Assembly (NCBI GenBank): GCA_029258755.1 | Contig: JAPDKC010000020.1 | Coordinates: 532-64,531 of the forward strand | Direction: 5' to 3' | Length of the DNA: 64,000 nt | From: an archaeon | Lineage (GTDB): Archaea > Iainarchaeota > Iainarchaeia > Iainarchaeales > DTGL01 | Shown: piece by piece, positions 36,650-45,011 of the stretch | How positions within the stretch are numbered: the stretch's first letter is position 1 | Layout: each line of letters opens with the position of its first letter | The notes under the pieces: model-generated | What the model was told of the DNA's origin: nothing | Database searches by the model: none | The model's input: only the letters and a program-made list of their open reading frames with translations | Position numbers and translations under genes: made by a program

Positions 36650-37154
36650 CTGTGTGCAAATTTTTTGCTATTTTATTAGCTCCTTTTTTATCTTTTCTCC
36701 AAGGGAATACACCAGCTAGTGAATCATCAAGGAATGCTCTTCCGGGGGCAAGCCCTTTTATTTCTATTCCTAAGAACTCTCTTTTTTCCTTCTCAGAGAT
36801 CAGCGCTCCTGGAATAAGGTCTGTAATTGTCTCCATAACAGGCCTTTTCTTTGGCAATTTAACTCTTAATGTAAGCAAAACCTGTTCTTTTGGCGCGGCA
36901 TAATTCAAAGTGAAATGCAACAATATCTCAATGTTTTGCCCGGTATCAACTCCTGAAGATACTGAGAAATGAGGATACTCTTGCAAGGAGAATAGCTTTT
37001 TCACAACATCTTTTAGCTTTTTGTTGCTGACCTCGGCCCAAACACGGTAAGCCCTATTTTTCTTTAAACCATGTTCAGTTGTAACAATCCTGAAATCGCT
37101 AATATCCTTTGCAAGCGTTTCCTTAAGCTTCTCTATAAGTTCTGTTGCTTGCAT
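36627..37154 (-). CDS. mbhK: Mbh subunit K (NuoC-like)
   Basis: SGVDTG...LHF, TITDLIPGA...EKE..EFLGI, FPWRK; likely start MQATEL. Confidence 0.88.
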   Translation of the reverse strand: MQATELIEKLKETLAKDISDFRIVTTEHGLKKNRAYRVWAEVSNKKLKDVVKKLFSLQEYPHFSVSSGVDTGQNIEILLHFTLNYAAPKEQVLLTLRVKLPKKRPVMETITDLIPGALISEKEKREFLGIEIKGLAPGRAFLDDSLAGVFPWRKDKKGANKIAKNLHTGERIEQK

Positions 37155-37573
37155 TTTTTCATCCCCTCTAGCTTTTCCCAAGCTTTTGCTAGGCCATGGA
37201 TTATAGCTTCTGGCCTTGGCGGGCATCCAGGTACGTAAATATCCACAGGTATGATTTTATCTATAGGGCCTTCAAGATTATACGATTCATAGAATACGCC
37301 ACCTGTTGAGCCGCAATTGCCGACAACAACCACAATCTTTGGTTCTGGCATTTGTTCATAAGCTCTAATTAACCTTTCCTTCATCTTTCTCGTAACAGGT
37401 CCTGTAACAAGCAATACATCAGCGTGCCTTGGACTGCCAACAAGCTTTACGCCAAACCGTTCAGCATCGTAGCGCGGTGTTAGCGCGGCTATTATCTCTA
37501 TATCGCAGCCATTGCATGAACCTGTGTTAATATGAAAAACCCAAAGGGACCTTTTCAAAGCATCTAAGCCCAT
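37133..37573 (-). CDS. mbhJ: Mbh small subunit J
   Basis: GSCNGCDIE, SPRHADVLLVTG, GNC..TGG, PGCPPRP. Confidence 0.95.
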   Translation of the reverse strand: MGLDALKRSLWVFHINTGSCNGCDIEIIAALTPRYDAERFGVKLVGSPRHADVLLVTGPVTRKMKERLIRAYEQMPEPKIVVVVGNCGSTGGVFYESYNLEGPIDKIIPVDIYVPGCPPRPEAIIHGLAKAWEKLEGMKKCKQQNL

Positions 37574-37914
37574 TGCAACACCCCTAAAGTAAGCACAGTT
37601 AACAGCAAGGATGCTACAATAACATACCAAAGTGCATAATCGTTAATTATTCCTGTATGTATCTTTGTTATAAGGTTGTAGTAGGGTTTCATCGCCTCAA
37701 AAAAGCCCCAGAAAAGATCACTTGCTTTAACCCTTGATGCTTCGCTTGCAATATTTCCCGAGAAAAATACATCGGCTTTGTATTTACTCGGCTTAAAATC
37801 CTTTTTTCCGAAAGCTCTAAGGATAAAAATAATGATGCATACACCTATAAAAAACGCAACAAACGCTAAGGGATTCCAAAAGCCACTAGCAGTTTTCAAT
37901 ATTGCGAGTGTCAT
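37564..37914 (-). CDS. mbhI: Mbh subunit I
   Basis: SGFWNP, FFSGN, HTGIINDY motif; operon position. Confidence 0.85.
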   Translation of the reverse strand: MTLAILKTASGFWNPLAFVAFFIGVCIIIFILRAFGKKDFKPSKYKADVFFSGNIASEASRVKASDLFWGFFEAMKPYYNLITKIHTGIINDYALWYVIVASLLLTVLTLGVLQWA

Positions 37915-39446
37915 CCCAAAGCACCTATATATGCTTTTTGGTTAAGCAAAGCCATGGCTGCGGGCTCAACTATAGTATTTAATACAATATCTGGAAATAA
38001 TCCAAAAATTATAATAAAGAAGCTCAGCATTCCCATTGCAAAAAGCATTGGCTTAGGCACTTCTTTTACGTTTGATAGTGCTTTTAGCTCTGGACCTAAA
38101 AATGCTGAACAAAACACCTTTACGAATGAAACTAATGTAAGAATGCTTACAATCATAGCTATAATAGAAAATAAGGGATTAAAGATATAAGAGGACTCAT
38201 AGATTAAGAGTTTTGAGGCAAACCCGTTTGTTGGCGGCAGGCCAGCGATTGCGGCAGCACCTGTAATAAAGAATATTGTTGTTGCTGGCATCCTTCTTGC
38301 TAGGCCGCTTAGCTCATCAAGATTTCTTTTACCGGTGCTATAAATTATTGCGCCAGCTGTTAGGAAAAGCAAGCCTTTATATAAGGCATGATTTATTATG
38401 TGAAAGATTCCGCCTTCCATAGCTTTCAACGCATAAATGTTTGCGGTATTGCCAACCAGCAAACCTATGCCAACACCAAGAAGCATGTAGCCAGTTTGCG
38501 ATATCGCATGATATGCCATTAAGCGCTTTATATCCTTTTGAGGTAAAGCCATAGTTACACCAATAAACATTGAAAGAATTCCAAGTAAGATTATAGCATA
38601 CGCGATTATATGGATTAACGGAAATGCTCCAAATAAGCTGAATGATACTCTAAAGAGAGCATACAAACAAGATTGGCTTGCAACAACAAGCGTAGCGGTA
38701 ATAGCCGCTGGTGCTCTACTGTAAGCGTCCGGCACCCAGAAATGCATTGGCACAGAGCCGGCTTTCATGGCTAAGGCGGAAACAAGCAATGCTAAAGCGA
38801 TAATGTCCACAAACGAAAACCTAAGCACTTTGGCTAAAGCAGCGATATTAAGCATATCGTATTGTGCATACAAAATCCCAACAGCTAGTAAGACCATGAG
38901 CGATGCAAGCGAGCTTACGATTAGGTATTTATAGGAAGCTTCACTAGCTTTAAAATCGACAAAGAAGGCAATAAGTGCAGCTGAGCTTATTGAAAGCACC
39001 TCTAAAAATACAAAAAGATTGAATAGGTCTGCTGTGCAAGCCAATCCAAACATTCCAGCAAGCATCAAGAACAGCAACGAGTAATACTTTGCTTGCGCTT
39101 CGCGAATAAAGCTTGCGGAATATAGAAATGCCGCAGTAGCAACAATAGAGCTAAGCAGTAGCATAAATGCAGAGAAAGCATCAACTATGAATACTATTCT
39201 TATTGGAATAGCTAGTTTTGCAGGCATTGTGATGCTGGGCAGCTCAGCGCCCATTGTATAAACCTTAGTTCCATTAGCAAATACATCCACAGATGTTAGG
39301 AAAGCGGTACAAACAACTGAAAGCATCCCTACAGGCACAACAATATTTTTTACTTTTGCACTAAGCTTTTCAGTAATTGCTGTAAGAAAAGCAAACGCTA
39401 GCGGAAATGCTATTAGTAAAGCAACGCTGTGCTGAAGTAAGCTCAT
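37911..39446 (-). CDS. mbhH: Mbh antiporter-like subunit H (MrpD-like)
   Basis: DLFNLFVFLE, KAG.VP.HFW.PDAY, DIKRLMAY, NHALYK..LFL, GLPP.NGF.SK. Confidence 0.93.
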   Translation of the reverse strand: MSLLQHSVALLIAFPLAFAFLTAITEKLSAKVKNIVVPVGMLSVVCTAFLTSVDVFANGTKVYTMGAELPSITMPAKLAIPIRIVFIVDAFSAFMLLLSSIVATAAFLYSASFIREAQAKYYSLLFLMLAGMFGLACTADLFNLFVFLEVLSISSAALIAFFVDFKASEASYKYLIVSSLASLMVLLAVGILYAQYDMLNIAALAKVLRFSFVDIIALALLVSALAMKAGSVPMHFWVPDAYSRAPAAITATLVVASQSCLYALFRVSFSLFGAFPLIHIIAYAIILLGILSMFIGVTMALPQKDIKRLMAYHAISQTGYMLLGVGIGLLVGNTANIYALKAMEGGIFHIINHALYKGLLFLTAGAIIYSTGKRNLDELSGLARRMPATTIFFITGAAAIAGLPPTNGFASKLLIYESSYIFNPLFSIIAMIVSILTLVSFVKVFCSAFLGPELKALSNVKEVPKPMLFAMGMLSFFIIIFGLFPDIVLNTIVEPAAMALLNQKAYIGALG

Positions 39447-39847
39447 AGCTCATCTAACCTCCCTAGTTTTGTAGCATCCAAAGTGCCAGTTTGCTGATAG
39501 ATTCTAATTGCTAACGAAAGCATAAGGGCTGTTACAGCTAAACTTATTACTATATTTGTCAGAGTTAGTGCTTGCGGGGTTGGAAGCACCATTCTTGTTT
39601 CCGCTTCGCTTGCTTTAATGGTAGCTTCTGTAAATATGGGAGCAACACCCCCTTTTCTGTAACCTGCGGATATAAGAAATAAGTTTATCCCGCTGGCGAT
39701 AATAGCAATGCCTATAGCCATCTTTATCAGATTCTTTTTGAATAAAAGCGCATATAGCCCAAAAAGAACTAAGCAAATCGCAACTAAAAAGTTGGCATTT
39801 TGCAGTATTAGTAGAGCAAACAATAGAGCTTTTTTATTTTCCAGCAT
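39443..39847 (-). CDS. mbhG: Mbh subunit G (MrpC-like)
   Basis: KNLIK, PTPQALTLT.IVI. Confidence 0.9.
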   Translation of the reverse strand: MLENKKALLFALLILQNANFLVAICLVLFGLYALLFKKNLIKMAIGIAIIASGINLFLISAGYRKGGVAPIFTEATIKASEAETRMVLPTPQALTLTNIVISLAVTALMLSLAIRIYQQTGTLDATKLGRLDEL

Positions 39848-40301
39848 GTTTGGACACCTTTTCATTCAGCATTAAAAGCATAATAATAGTAAGCGCGCAG
39901 CTTACCTCTAAGCCAATAAGAATATTCATTAAAGGTATAGTGCCAGCGGTATTTATGTAAGCTTCTTTTGTCCCGAAAGGAACGCTTGCCCCAAACATTG
40001 CCCCGGAATTTGCCAAAAAATTGTTGAGGAAGCTTTTTCTGAGCCCAAGAAGGGCTAAAAAAACAAATCCAAATAGAGCCAAGCTTTCTGCAACACTTAG
40101 CAGTTCTTTGTTAAGCATATGCTTGCTTTGTTTACCAAAAGCTATAAAGAGCAAAGCAAAGCAGCTTGCTATAATAACACCGCCTTGAAATCCTCCGCCC
40201 GGTGTAAGATGGCCGTGTGCGATTATATAAAGCCCGAATGTTATCAAAGGCGCTAAAACAACAAGTGCTGTTATCTTTACAATTTTCGACATATCTCTCA
40301 T
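39834..40301 (-). CDS. mbhF: Mbh subunit F (MrpB C-terminal-like)
   Basis: HGHLTPGGGFQGG. Confidence 0.9.
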   Translation of the reverse strand: MRDMSKIVKITALVVLAPLITFGLYIIAHGHLTPGGGFQGGVIIASCFALLFIAFGKQSKHMLNKELLSVAESLALFGFVFLALLGLRKSFLNNFLANSGAMFGASVPFGTKEAYINTAGTIPLMNILIGLEVSCALTIIMLLMLNEKVSKHAGK

Positions 40302-40564
40302 TTTGGCACACCACCTCTAAAAAGAAGAATGACTCCGCTTACGGCAGCAAAAAGCACTGTAGCTTCGCCTAAGGTGTCAAGTCCCCTATAGTCAAAAACT
40401 ATGGAAGCGACAACATTATTGCTTGCTGTTTCTATTTGTGCATTTTTTATAAAATATTCGTCCATTGTAGTTTCTGTTGGGCTGCCAAATGGTCTAAGTA
40501 GTAAAGCACATGCTATCAAAAAATACGCAAAAATTATTACAAATATTATTTTAGCTGCTTTCAT
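40298..40564 (-). CDS. mbhE: Mbh subunit E
   Basis: NVVASIVFDYRGLDTLGEA. Confidence 0.9.
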   Translation of the reverse strand: MKAAKIIFVIIFAYFLIACALLLRPFGSPTETTMDEYFIKNAQIETASNNVVASIVFDYRGLDTLGEATVLFAAVSGVILLFRGGVPK

Positions 40565-40802
40565 CTTCCAACCTCCTAGTCTTCTTAATCGCTAGCACAA
40601 AAATGGCTGTAGTTAAGCAGCCGCCAACAGCAGCTTCGGTTATGGCAACATCCGGTGCCTGAAGCAAGAAGAATTCTAGTGAAAGTAGAAAGCTCATTGC
40701 TGCCAACATAACTACGCTGACTAAAAGGTCTTTGGCTTCTATCGCTAGCAAAGCGCTTGCAAGTATTGCAATTAACGTTATGATGTGTAGCACTATTCTC
40801 AC
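40551..40802 (-). CDS. mbhD: Mbh subunit D
   Basis: LQAPDVAITEAAVG. Confidence 0.9.
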   Translation of the reverse strand: MRIVLHIITLIAILASALLAIEAKDLLVSVVMLAAMSFLLSLEFFLLQAPDVAITEAAVGGCLTTAIFVLAIKKTRRLEDESS

Positions 40803-41122
40803 CTTTTCAAAGCATTAACTACAAGCTTTTCTGGTTTTATCCCTGCTTTGTATGAAGCTCTTGCTATCGCATGCGATGCTACAGCGTTTGTTATCATAAG
40901 GAATATAAGAGCCACTATTGCATGCAACCCTATTTGTATTTTTGAAATTGCAATGGAATAAATCACTATGGAAAGCACGATGGCAATAGAACCAAAAGTT
41001 GTGCATAGTGTGCTACCATGAAGCCTTGTATATGGATCAAAAAATCTATGCAAAGCAAGAACTCCTATAAGGTGAAATGCCATGCCAAATATTAACAGTC
41101 CGTATATGAGCAAGTAAATCAT
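40799..41122 (-). CDS. mbhC: Mbh subunit C (MrpG-like)
   Basis: RF.D.YTRLH, SHAIARA. Confidence 0.9.
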   Translation of the reverse strand: MIYLLIYGLLIFGMAFHLIGVLALHRFFDPYTRLHGSTLCTTFGSIAIVLSIVIYSIAISKIQIGLHAIVALIFLMITNAVASHAIARASYKAGIKPEKLVVNALKR

Positions 41123-41373
41123 TTCTTCCCCTCCAAATAATGGGCAAGATACAAAGTGCCTGCAAAGGATATCATAGCATAAACTATGCCAATATCAATC
41201 AAAAAAGCCTGCTTGTAAAAGGCACCAAGAACAATGAAAACGCTCACTACTATAGTTCCCATAGTGTCTACAGCCACTATTCTATCAGCAATAGTTGGCC
41301 CTATAGCAGCTCTGAGCAACGCTATTGCTATGCATGCTACTAGCACAAATGCGGAAGCTACAAGTATGCTCAT
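41119..41373 (-). CDS. mbhB: Mbh subunit B (MrpF-like)
   Basis: GPTIADRIVAVD, DI.IVYA. Confidence 0.9.
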   Translation of the reverse strand: MSILVASAFVLVACIAIALLRAAIGPTIADRIVAVDTMGTIVVSVFIVLGAFYKQAFLIDIGIVYAMISFAGTLYLAHYLEGKK

Positions 41374-41888
41374 TCTGTTATCCTCCTTATCCAGTCTGCA
41401 AAGCTTGAGCAAACGTCTTTAATTCTAGGTCTTTCTTTTTTCGCATAAAGCCAATGAATATACAGCTTACGGTTTTTTTCTTCTAAAGTAAGCGTTCCTG
41501 GTGTCAGTGTTATTGAATTTGCTAGCATAGCTATGCCCAAATCACTTTTTATCTTGGGGTTTATTTCCACAATAGCTGGCTTAATATTCCCAGAAAGTAC
41601 GCGAAATGCAACCTCGAAATTTGCCTTTATAAGCGAAAAGGCGAAAGGTCCAAAAATATAAGCGAGAAACAATAGCCAACGCTTCGGATTTAATGCCTTC
41701 GCGCCAATTTCTATTCCAAGCTTCGAGGTTATGAATATTGTAATAGACGCAACAATAAAACCTACAATTATGCTTAGGCACAACTCCTCAAAGCTCCATA
41801 GCAAAAAAGTGCCAGAGCCCGCGGTAAGCAACAGATATAGAACTAAAGATAGTAAAAAAGCAATCACAAATGTTGCCAAACCTTTCAC
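41370..41888 (-). CDS. mbhA: Mbh subunit A (MrpE-like); start uncertain
   Basis: ANF.VA, P.IV, LANSITLTPGT, LYIHW. Confidence 0.88.
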   Translation of the reverse strand: MKGLATFVIAFLLSLVLYLLLTAGSGTFLLWSFEELCLSIIVGFIVASITIFITSKLGIEIGAKALNPKRWLLFLAYIFGPFAFSLIKANFEVAFRVLSGNIKPAIVEINPKIKSDLGIAMLANSITLTPGTLTLEEKNRKLYIHWLYAKKERPRIKDVCSSFADWIRRITE

Positions 41889-41954
41889 CTCTAAGCGTAT
41901 TGCAAATAATATGAATAATGTTTTTATTAGTTTTTTGCCTTCCATAGATTTGCT

Positions 41955-42875
41955 ATGAACAAAGGTATTATTCTAGTGCTTTTCACGGCATTTGTTAGTG
42001 GGTTCAGTATTTTCATAAATGCATTTGCAGTTAAAGGAATGAACCCTTTCTTATTTACAACCGCAAAAAATAGCTTAGTTGCTTTTCTGCTTTTTTCAAT
42101 ATTGTTTCTTGTAGAGAAAAAAGAGTTTGGAAAGGTTTTCAGTAAAAATTTGCTACCAAAACTTTTAGCAATAGGGTTTATTGGTGGCAGCATACCATTC
42201 TTGCTTTTCTTTTATGCTCTTTCACTTTTGAAAAGTCCGGCAATAGCGGGTTTTATCCATAAAACCCTTTTTTTGTGGGCCACTTTGTTTGCAGTTATTT
42301 TTATTAAAGAAAAAGTAAGCGTGCGCTTTATGTTTGCAGCATTCCTCTTGCTTTTAGGAAACTACCTTTTCTTCCTCCCTCAAACTGAGCTTAGCTTGCC
42401 CGTAGTTTTAGTGCTAATTGCAACAATTTTTTGGGCTGCTGAAAATGTGTTGGCAAAACATGTGCTTAAGGATGTTTCTGGCACTTGCGTAGCATTTGCC
42501 AGGATGTTCTTCGGCTCAATCTTTATGCTTATAGCTCTCTCAATATTTATGCCTGATGCTTTTATAGGGATTCTTTCCTTCAGCTTTGAGCAAGTTGCTT
42601 GGATTGGCATAACAGCTTGCTTCCTTTTCCTTTACGTCTTCACCTATTATAACGGATTAAAATATTTGCCGGTTCACAAGGCAACAAGCATGCTGCTTTT
42701 GGCTCAGCCAATAACGGCTTTTCTTTCAGCATCTTTTCTTGGAAAAGCACTAACGCTTGAAAAAGCACTTGGTGCTTTATTAATCGTTTGCGGTGTTGTT
42801 TTGCTTATTGGCTTTTCTTACGTATTGAGTTGGCTTGGCAGGAAGGTGCCTTTTTGGGCTCAGCAGAGGGCTTAG
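41955..42875 (+). CDS. DMT/EamA-family transporter
   Basis: About 10 TM helices with two-fold internal repeat. Confidence 0.85.
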   Translation: MNKGIILVLFTAFVSGFSIFINAFAVKGMNPFLFTTAKNSLVAFLLFSILFLVEKKEFGKVFSKNLLPKLLAIGFIGGSIPFLLFFYALSLLKSPAIAGFIHKTLFLWATLFAVIFIKEKVSVRFMFAAFLLLLGNYLFFLPQTELSLPVVLVLIATIFWAAENVLAKHVLKDVSGTCVAFARMFFGSIFMLIALSIFMPDAFIGILSFSFEQVAWIGITACFLFLYVFTYYNGLKYLPVHKATSMLLLAQPITAFLSASFLGKALTLEKALGALLIVCGVVLLIGFSYVLSWLGRKVPFWAQQRA

Positions 42876-43588
42876 TAAAAGCATGCAAATATGCTTTTGT
42901 TCCTAATGAGCTCGGGTATTGTGGAGCAAGAAATTTTAATGAGCTGTTTAAGCGCTTTATAAGCTCGCCTTCAGAGAAGCTAAAAGTTGAGGTGAAAAAA
43001 GCATTAAGAAGCTTCACAGCGCTTTATTCCTACCTTTCCCTAATCTCCGAATACGCCTCTAAAGATGTATTTGATGAAAGTGTTGTAGAAGCGTATTGGT
43101 TAGGAAATTCTTTATTGGAAAAGATTCCTGTGCAAGCGGTCAAAGAACTCATAAGCGAAAAATTTGTTGTTTTGCCATCAAAGATAAGAAAAGAAAAAGC
43201 ATCTTTTTTGGCTAGAAAGGTTTACATTCACCATTCCTTTCACGTGCTTTTTATTCAGTTCTTGACTCCGAAACTTAAGCCGCTTTTAACCAATATGGAT
43301 AAGTGCATAGTTAAGTGGGGGAAAATCTTAGAGATAAAAAATGATAAGCTTAGGGTCAAAAGTGTTTCTCTATTATATGAAGGAGCAGAGCTTAAGCTAA
43401 AGGAAAACTACTTCTTTATAAAAAAAGGATTCATCGAAGAACCATACAAAGGCATGCTTATTTCTATTCACTGGGAAAACGCTATTGAAGAAATCTCTAG
43501 AGCTCAAGCAAAGGAAGTCGAGAAGTACTTGCTTGCCAACATCTCGCTTGCAAATTCATATGCCATTCAAAAAACTAATAAAAAATAA
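42854..43588 (+). CDS. DUF6390-like protein
   Basis: YAF.PN.LGYCG, VVEAYWLGN.LL, HHSFHV, D.C...WG, S.HW; probable TTG start after GGAAGGTG. Confidence 0.75.
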   Translation: MGSAEGLVKACKYAFVPNELGYCGARNFNELFKRFISSPSEKLKVEVKKALRSFTALYSYLSLISEYASKDVFDESVVEAYWLGNSLLEKIPVQAVKELISEKFVVLPSKIRKEKASFLARKVYIHHSFHVLFIQFLTPKLKPLLTNMDKCIVKWGKILEIKNDKLRVKSVSLLYEGAELKLKENYFFIKKGFIEEPYKGMLISIHWENAIEEISRAQAKEVEKYLLANISLANSYAIQKTNKK

Positions 43589-43614
43589 AAATAATAGATT
43601 CTTTTTATTTACTG

Positions 43615-44058
43615 GTGGTTTGCGTGGGTAAGCTGCAAACAATTCGCGATATTTTTGCGATAGTAAGAGATTTTCTTCTCATAATTTTCTTAATAGCTTT
43701 AATATTTGCTGCGCTTGCCGTATATAACTTTGTTTCAAGTATAGACCCTTCAATGGTCCTTGCAGCGCTAAGCATGGGATCAGCAGATATCGGCTTTGGT
43801 GCTGTTAAGCAGGAGCAACTTTATGAAGCAGATACGGAAATAAAAGCAACTTTGCAGGAGATTGAATCAAAGGCGTTAGCACAAGATATTGCTGGAGTTT
43901 CACAAGAGCTGGATAAGCTTCGCGGTATGCTAAAAGAAAAAGGTATGAGTGAAGCTGTCACTCTTGTCGATGAAATCAAGCAGAAAGCACTACAAAATGA
44001 TTTGCCAGGAGCTATAGAGGCATACTTCCGCTTAAAGCAGATGCTTGGTGTAAAATAA
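43615..44058 (+). CDS. Hypothetical membrane-anchored helical protein
   Basis: N-terminal TM helix; two short internally similar helical repeats (EIESKAL.QD..G / EIKQKAL.ND..G). Confidence 0.65.
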   Translation: MVCVGKLQTIRDIFAIVRDFLLIIFLIALIFAALAVYNFVSSIDPSMVLAALSMGSADIGFGAVKQEQLYEADTEIKATLQEIESKALAQDIAGVSQELDKLRGMLKEKGMSEAVTLVDEIKQKALQNDLPGAIEAYFRLKQMLGVK

Positions 44059-44059
44059 G

Positions 44060-44611
44060 TTAGCGCTTTCTTTCCTCCTTTTTCTTTCGCTTCTCTAGAC
44101 GCCAATACCTTCTCATGCAGTATTTGATCCGTTTTAAAGCTTGCTTCTTGTTCTTGAATCCCTTAACTTTGACCCATTTCTTTGGTTCAAGCTCTTTATA
44201 GGTTTCGAAGAAATGGGCTATACGCCTTAGAACATGGTCATCTAAATCCTTTATATCTTTTATTTTGCCGTATGTTGGATCTATCTTTTCGGTAGGTACC
44301 GCAATAATCTTGTTGTCTATACCATTTTCGTCTTCTGTAACAAGCATCCCTATAGGCCTAACCTCGATTATGCTTCCAGGCATTACTGCTTCATCACTTA
44401 TAACCATCACATCTATAGGATCATTATCGTTTTCCAGCGTCTCTGGAATGAAGCCATAGTTGTAGGGATAAGTCATTGCAGTATACAGGAATCTGCTCAC
44501 TGAGATAACGCCGCTTTTCTTGTGTACTTCGTATTTCACATTGCTGTTCTTTGGAATCTCGATAACCGCATTTACTATTCTTGGCGCCTTTTCACCTATT
44601 TCAAATGCCAT
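44060..44611 (-). CDS. ppa: Family I inorganic pyrophosphatase
   Basis: IEIP...KYE, YP.NYGFIP.TL..D.DPIDV, D.KII, FFETYK.LE. Confidence 0.96.
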   Translation of the reverse strand: MAFEIGEKAPRIVNAVIEIPKNSNVKYEVHKKSGVISVSRFLYTAMTYPYNYGFIPETLENDNDPIDVMVISDEAVMPGSIIEVRPIGMLVTEDENGIDNKIIAVPTEKIDPTYGKIKDIKDLDDHVLRRIAHFFETYKELEPKKWVKVKGFKNKKQALKRIKYCMRRYWRLEKRKKKEERKR

Positions 44612-44633
44612 TTCTTATCACCATAATGAAAAG

Positions 44634-44705
44634 TGCGGTTCTTAGGCTGCCCATCATTCCTCATCGCTTAGCTCAGTATCATCGTCAGCTCCTCATCGAA
44701 CCGCA
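44634..44705 (-). ncRNA. Candidate C/D-box sRNA or K-turn RNA
   Basis: 8-bp terminal stem TGCGGTTC/GAACCGCA enclosing CGATGA...CTGA...CGATGA...CTAA; GC-rich in an AT-rich intergenic region; TATA-like TTTAAATA about 25 nt upstream. Confidence 0.55.
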
Positions 44706-44752
44706 TAAATATTTATGCATGGTTTTATATTTAAAAATAGTTTTCAGAAATT

Positions 44753-44962
44753 CTATGCTTCCTTTAGCGCAGAAAGCATCTCTTTCGCTTCTTCCTCACT
44801 TAACTTTTCAACAACAGTGCCAAACTGCACAATCACCCAGTCGCCTGGTTTTGCATTTGCAAGCGAGTTATTGGCTTCTCTGAGCTCTGAACCATAATCA
44901 ACAACAGCTACCTTACCTTTGCCCTTTAGCTCAACAACCTTGCCAGGTATCGCAAGGCACAT
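44753..44962 (-). CDS. hypC: Hydrogenase chaperone HypC
   Basis: MCLAIPGKV, GDWVIV, EEEA.E. Confidence 0.95.
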   Translation of the reverse strand: MCLAIPGKVVELKGKGKVAVVDYGSELREANNSLANAKPGDWVIVQFGTVVEKLSEEEAKEMLSALKEA

Positions 44963-45011
44963 TTTGCCAACCTATCTTTCTTTTTAATGATTTCCGTTCC
45001 GAAATCTTTAA

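Noticed and set aside
34002..41888. Mbs/Mbx sulfane reductase or complex I
   Set aside because: All four Ni-ligating Cys are intact, there is a single MbhH, and hyp/hycI genes are adjacent.
44634..44705. Fluoride (crcB) riboswitch upstream of the fluoride-sensitive ppa
   Set aside because: GAUGAGG is present, but I could not find the P1/pseudoknot pairing or the 3' CUAC; a C/D-like layout fits better. An Infernal scan would settle it.
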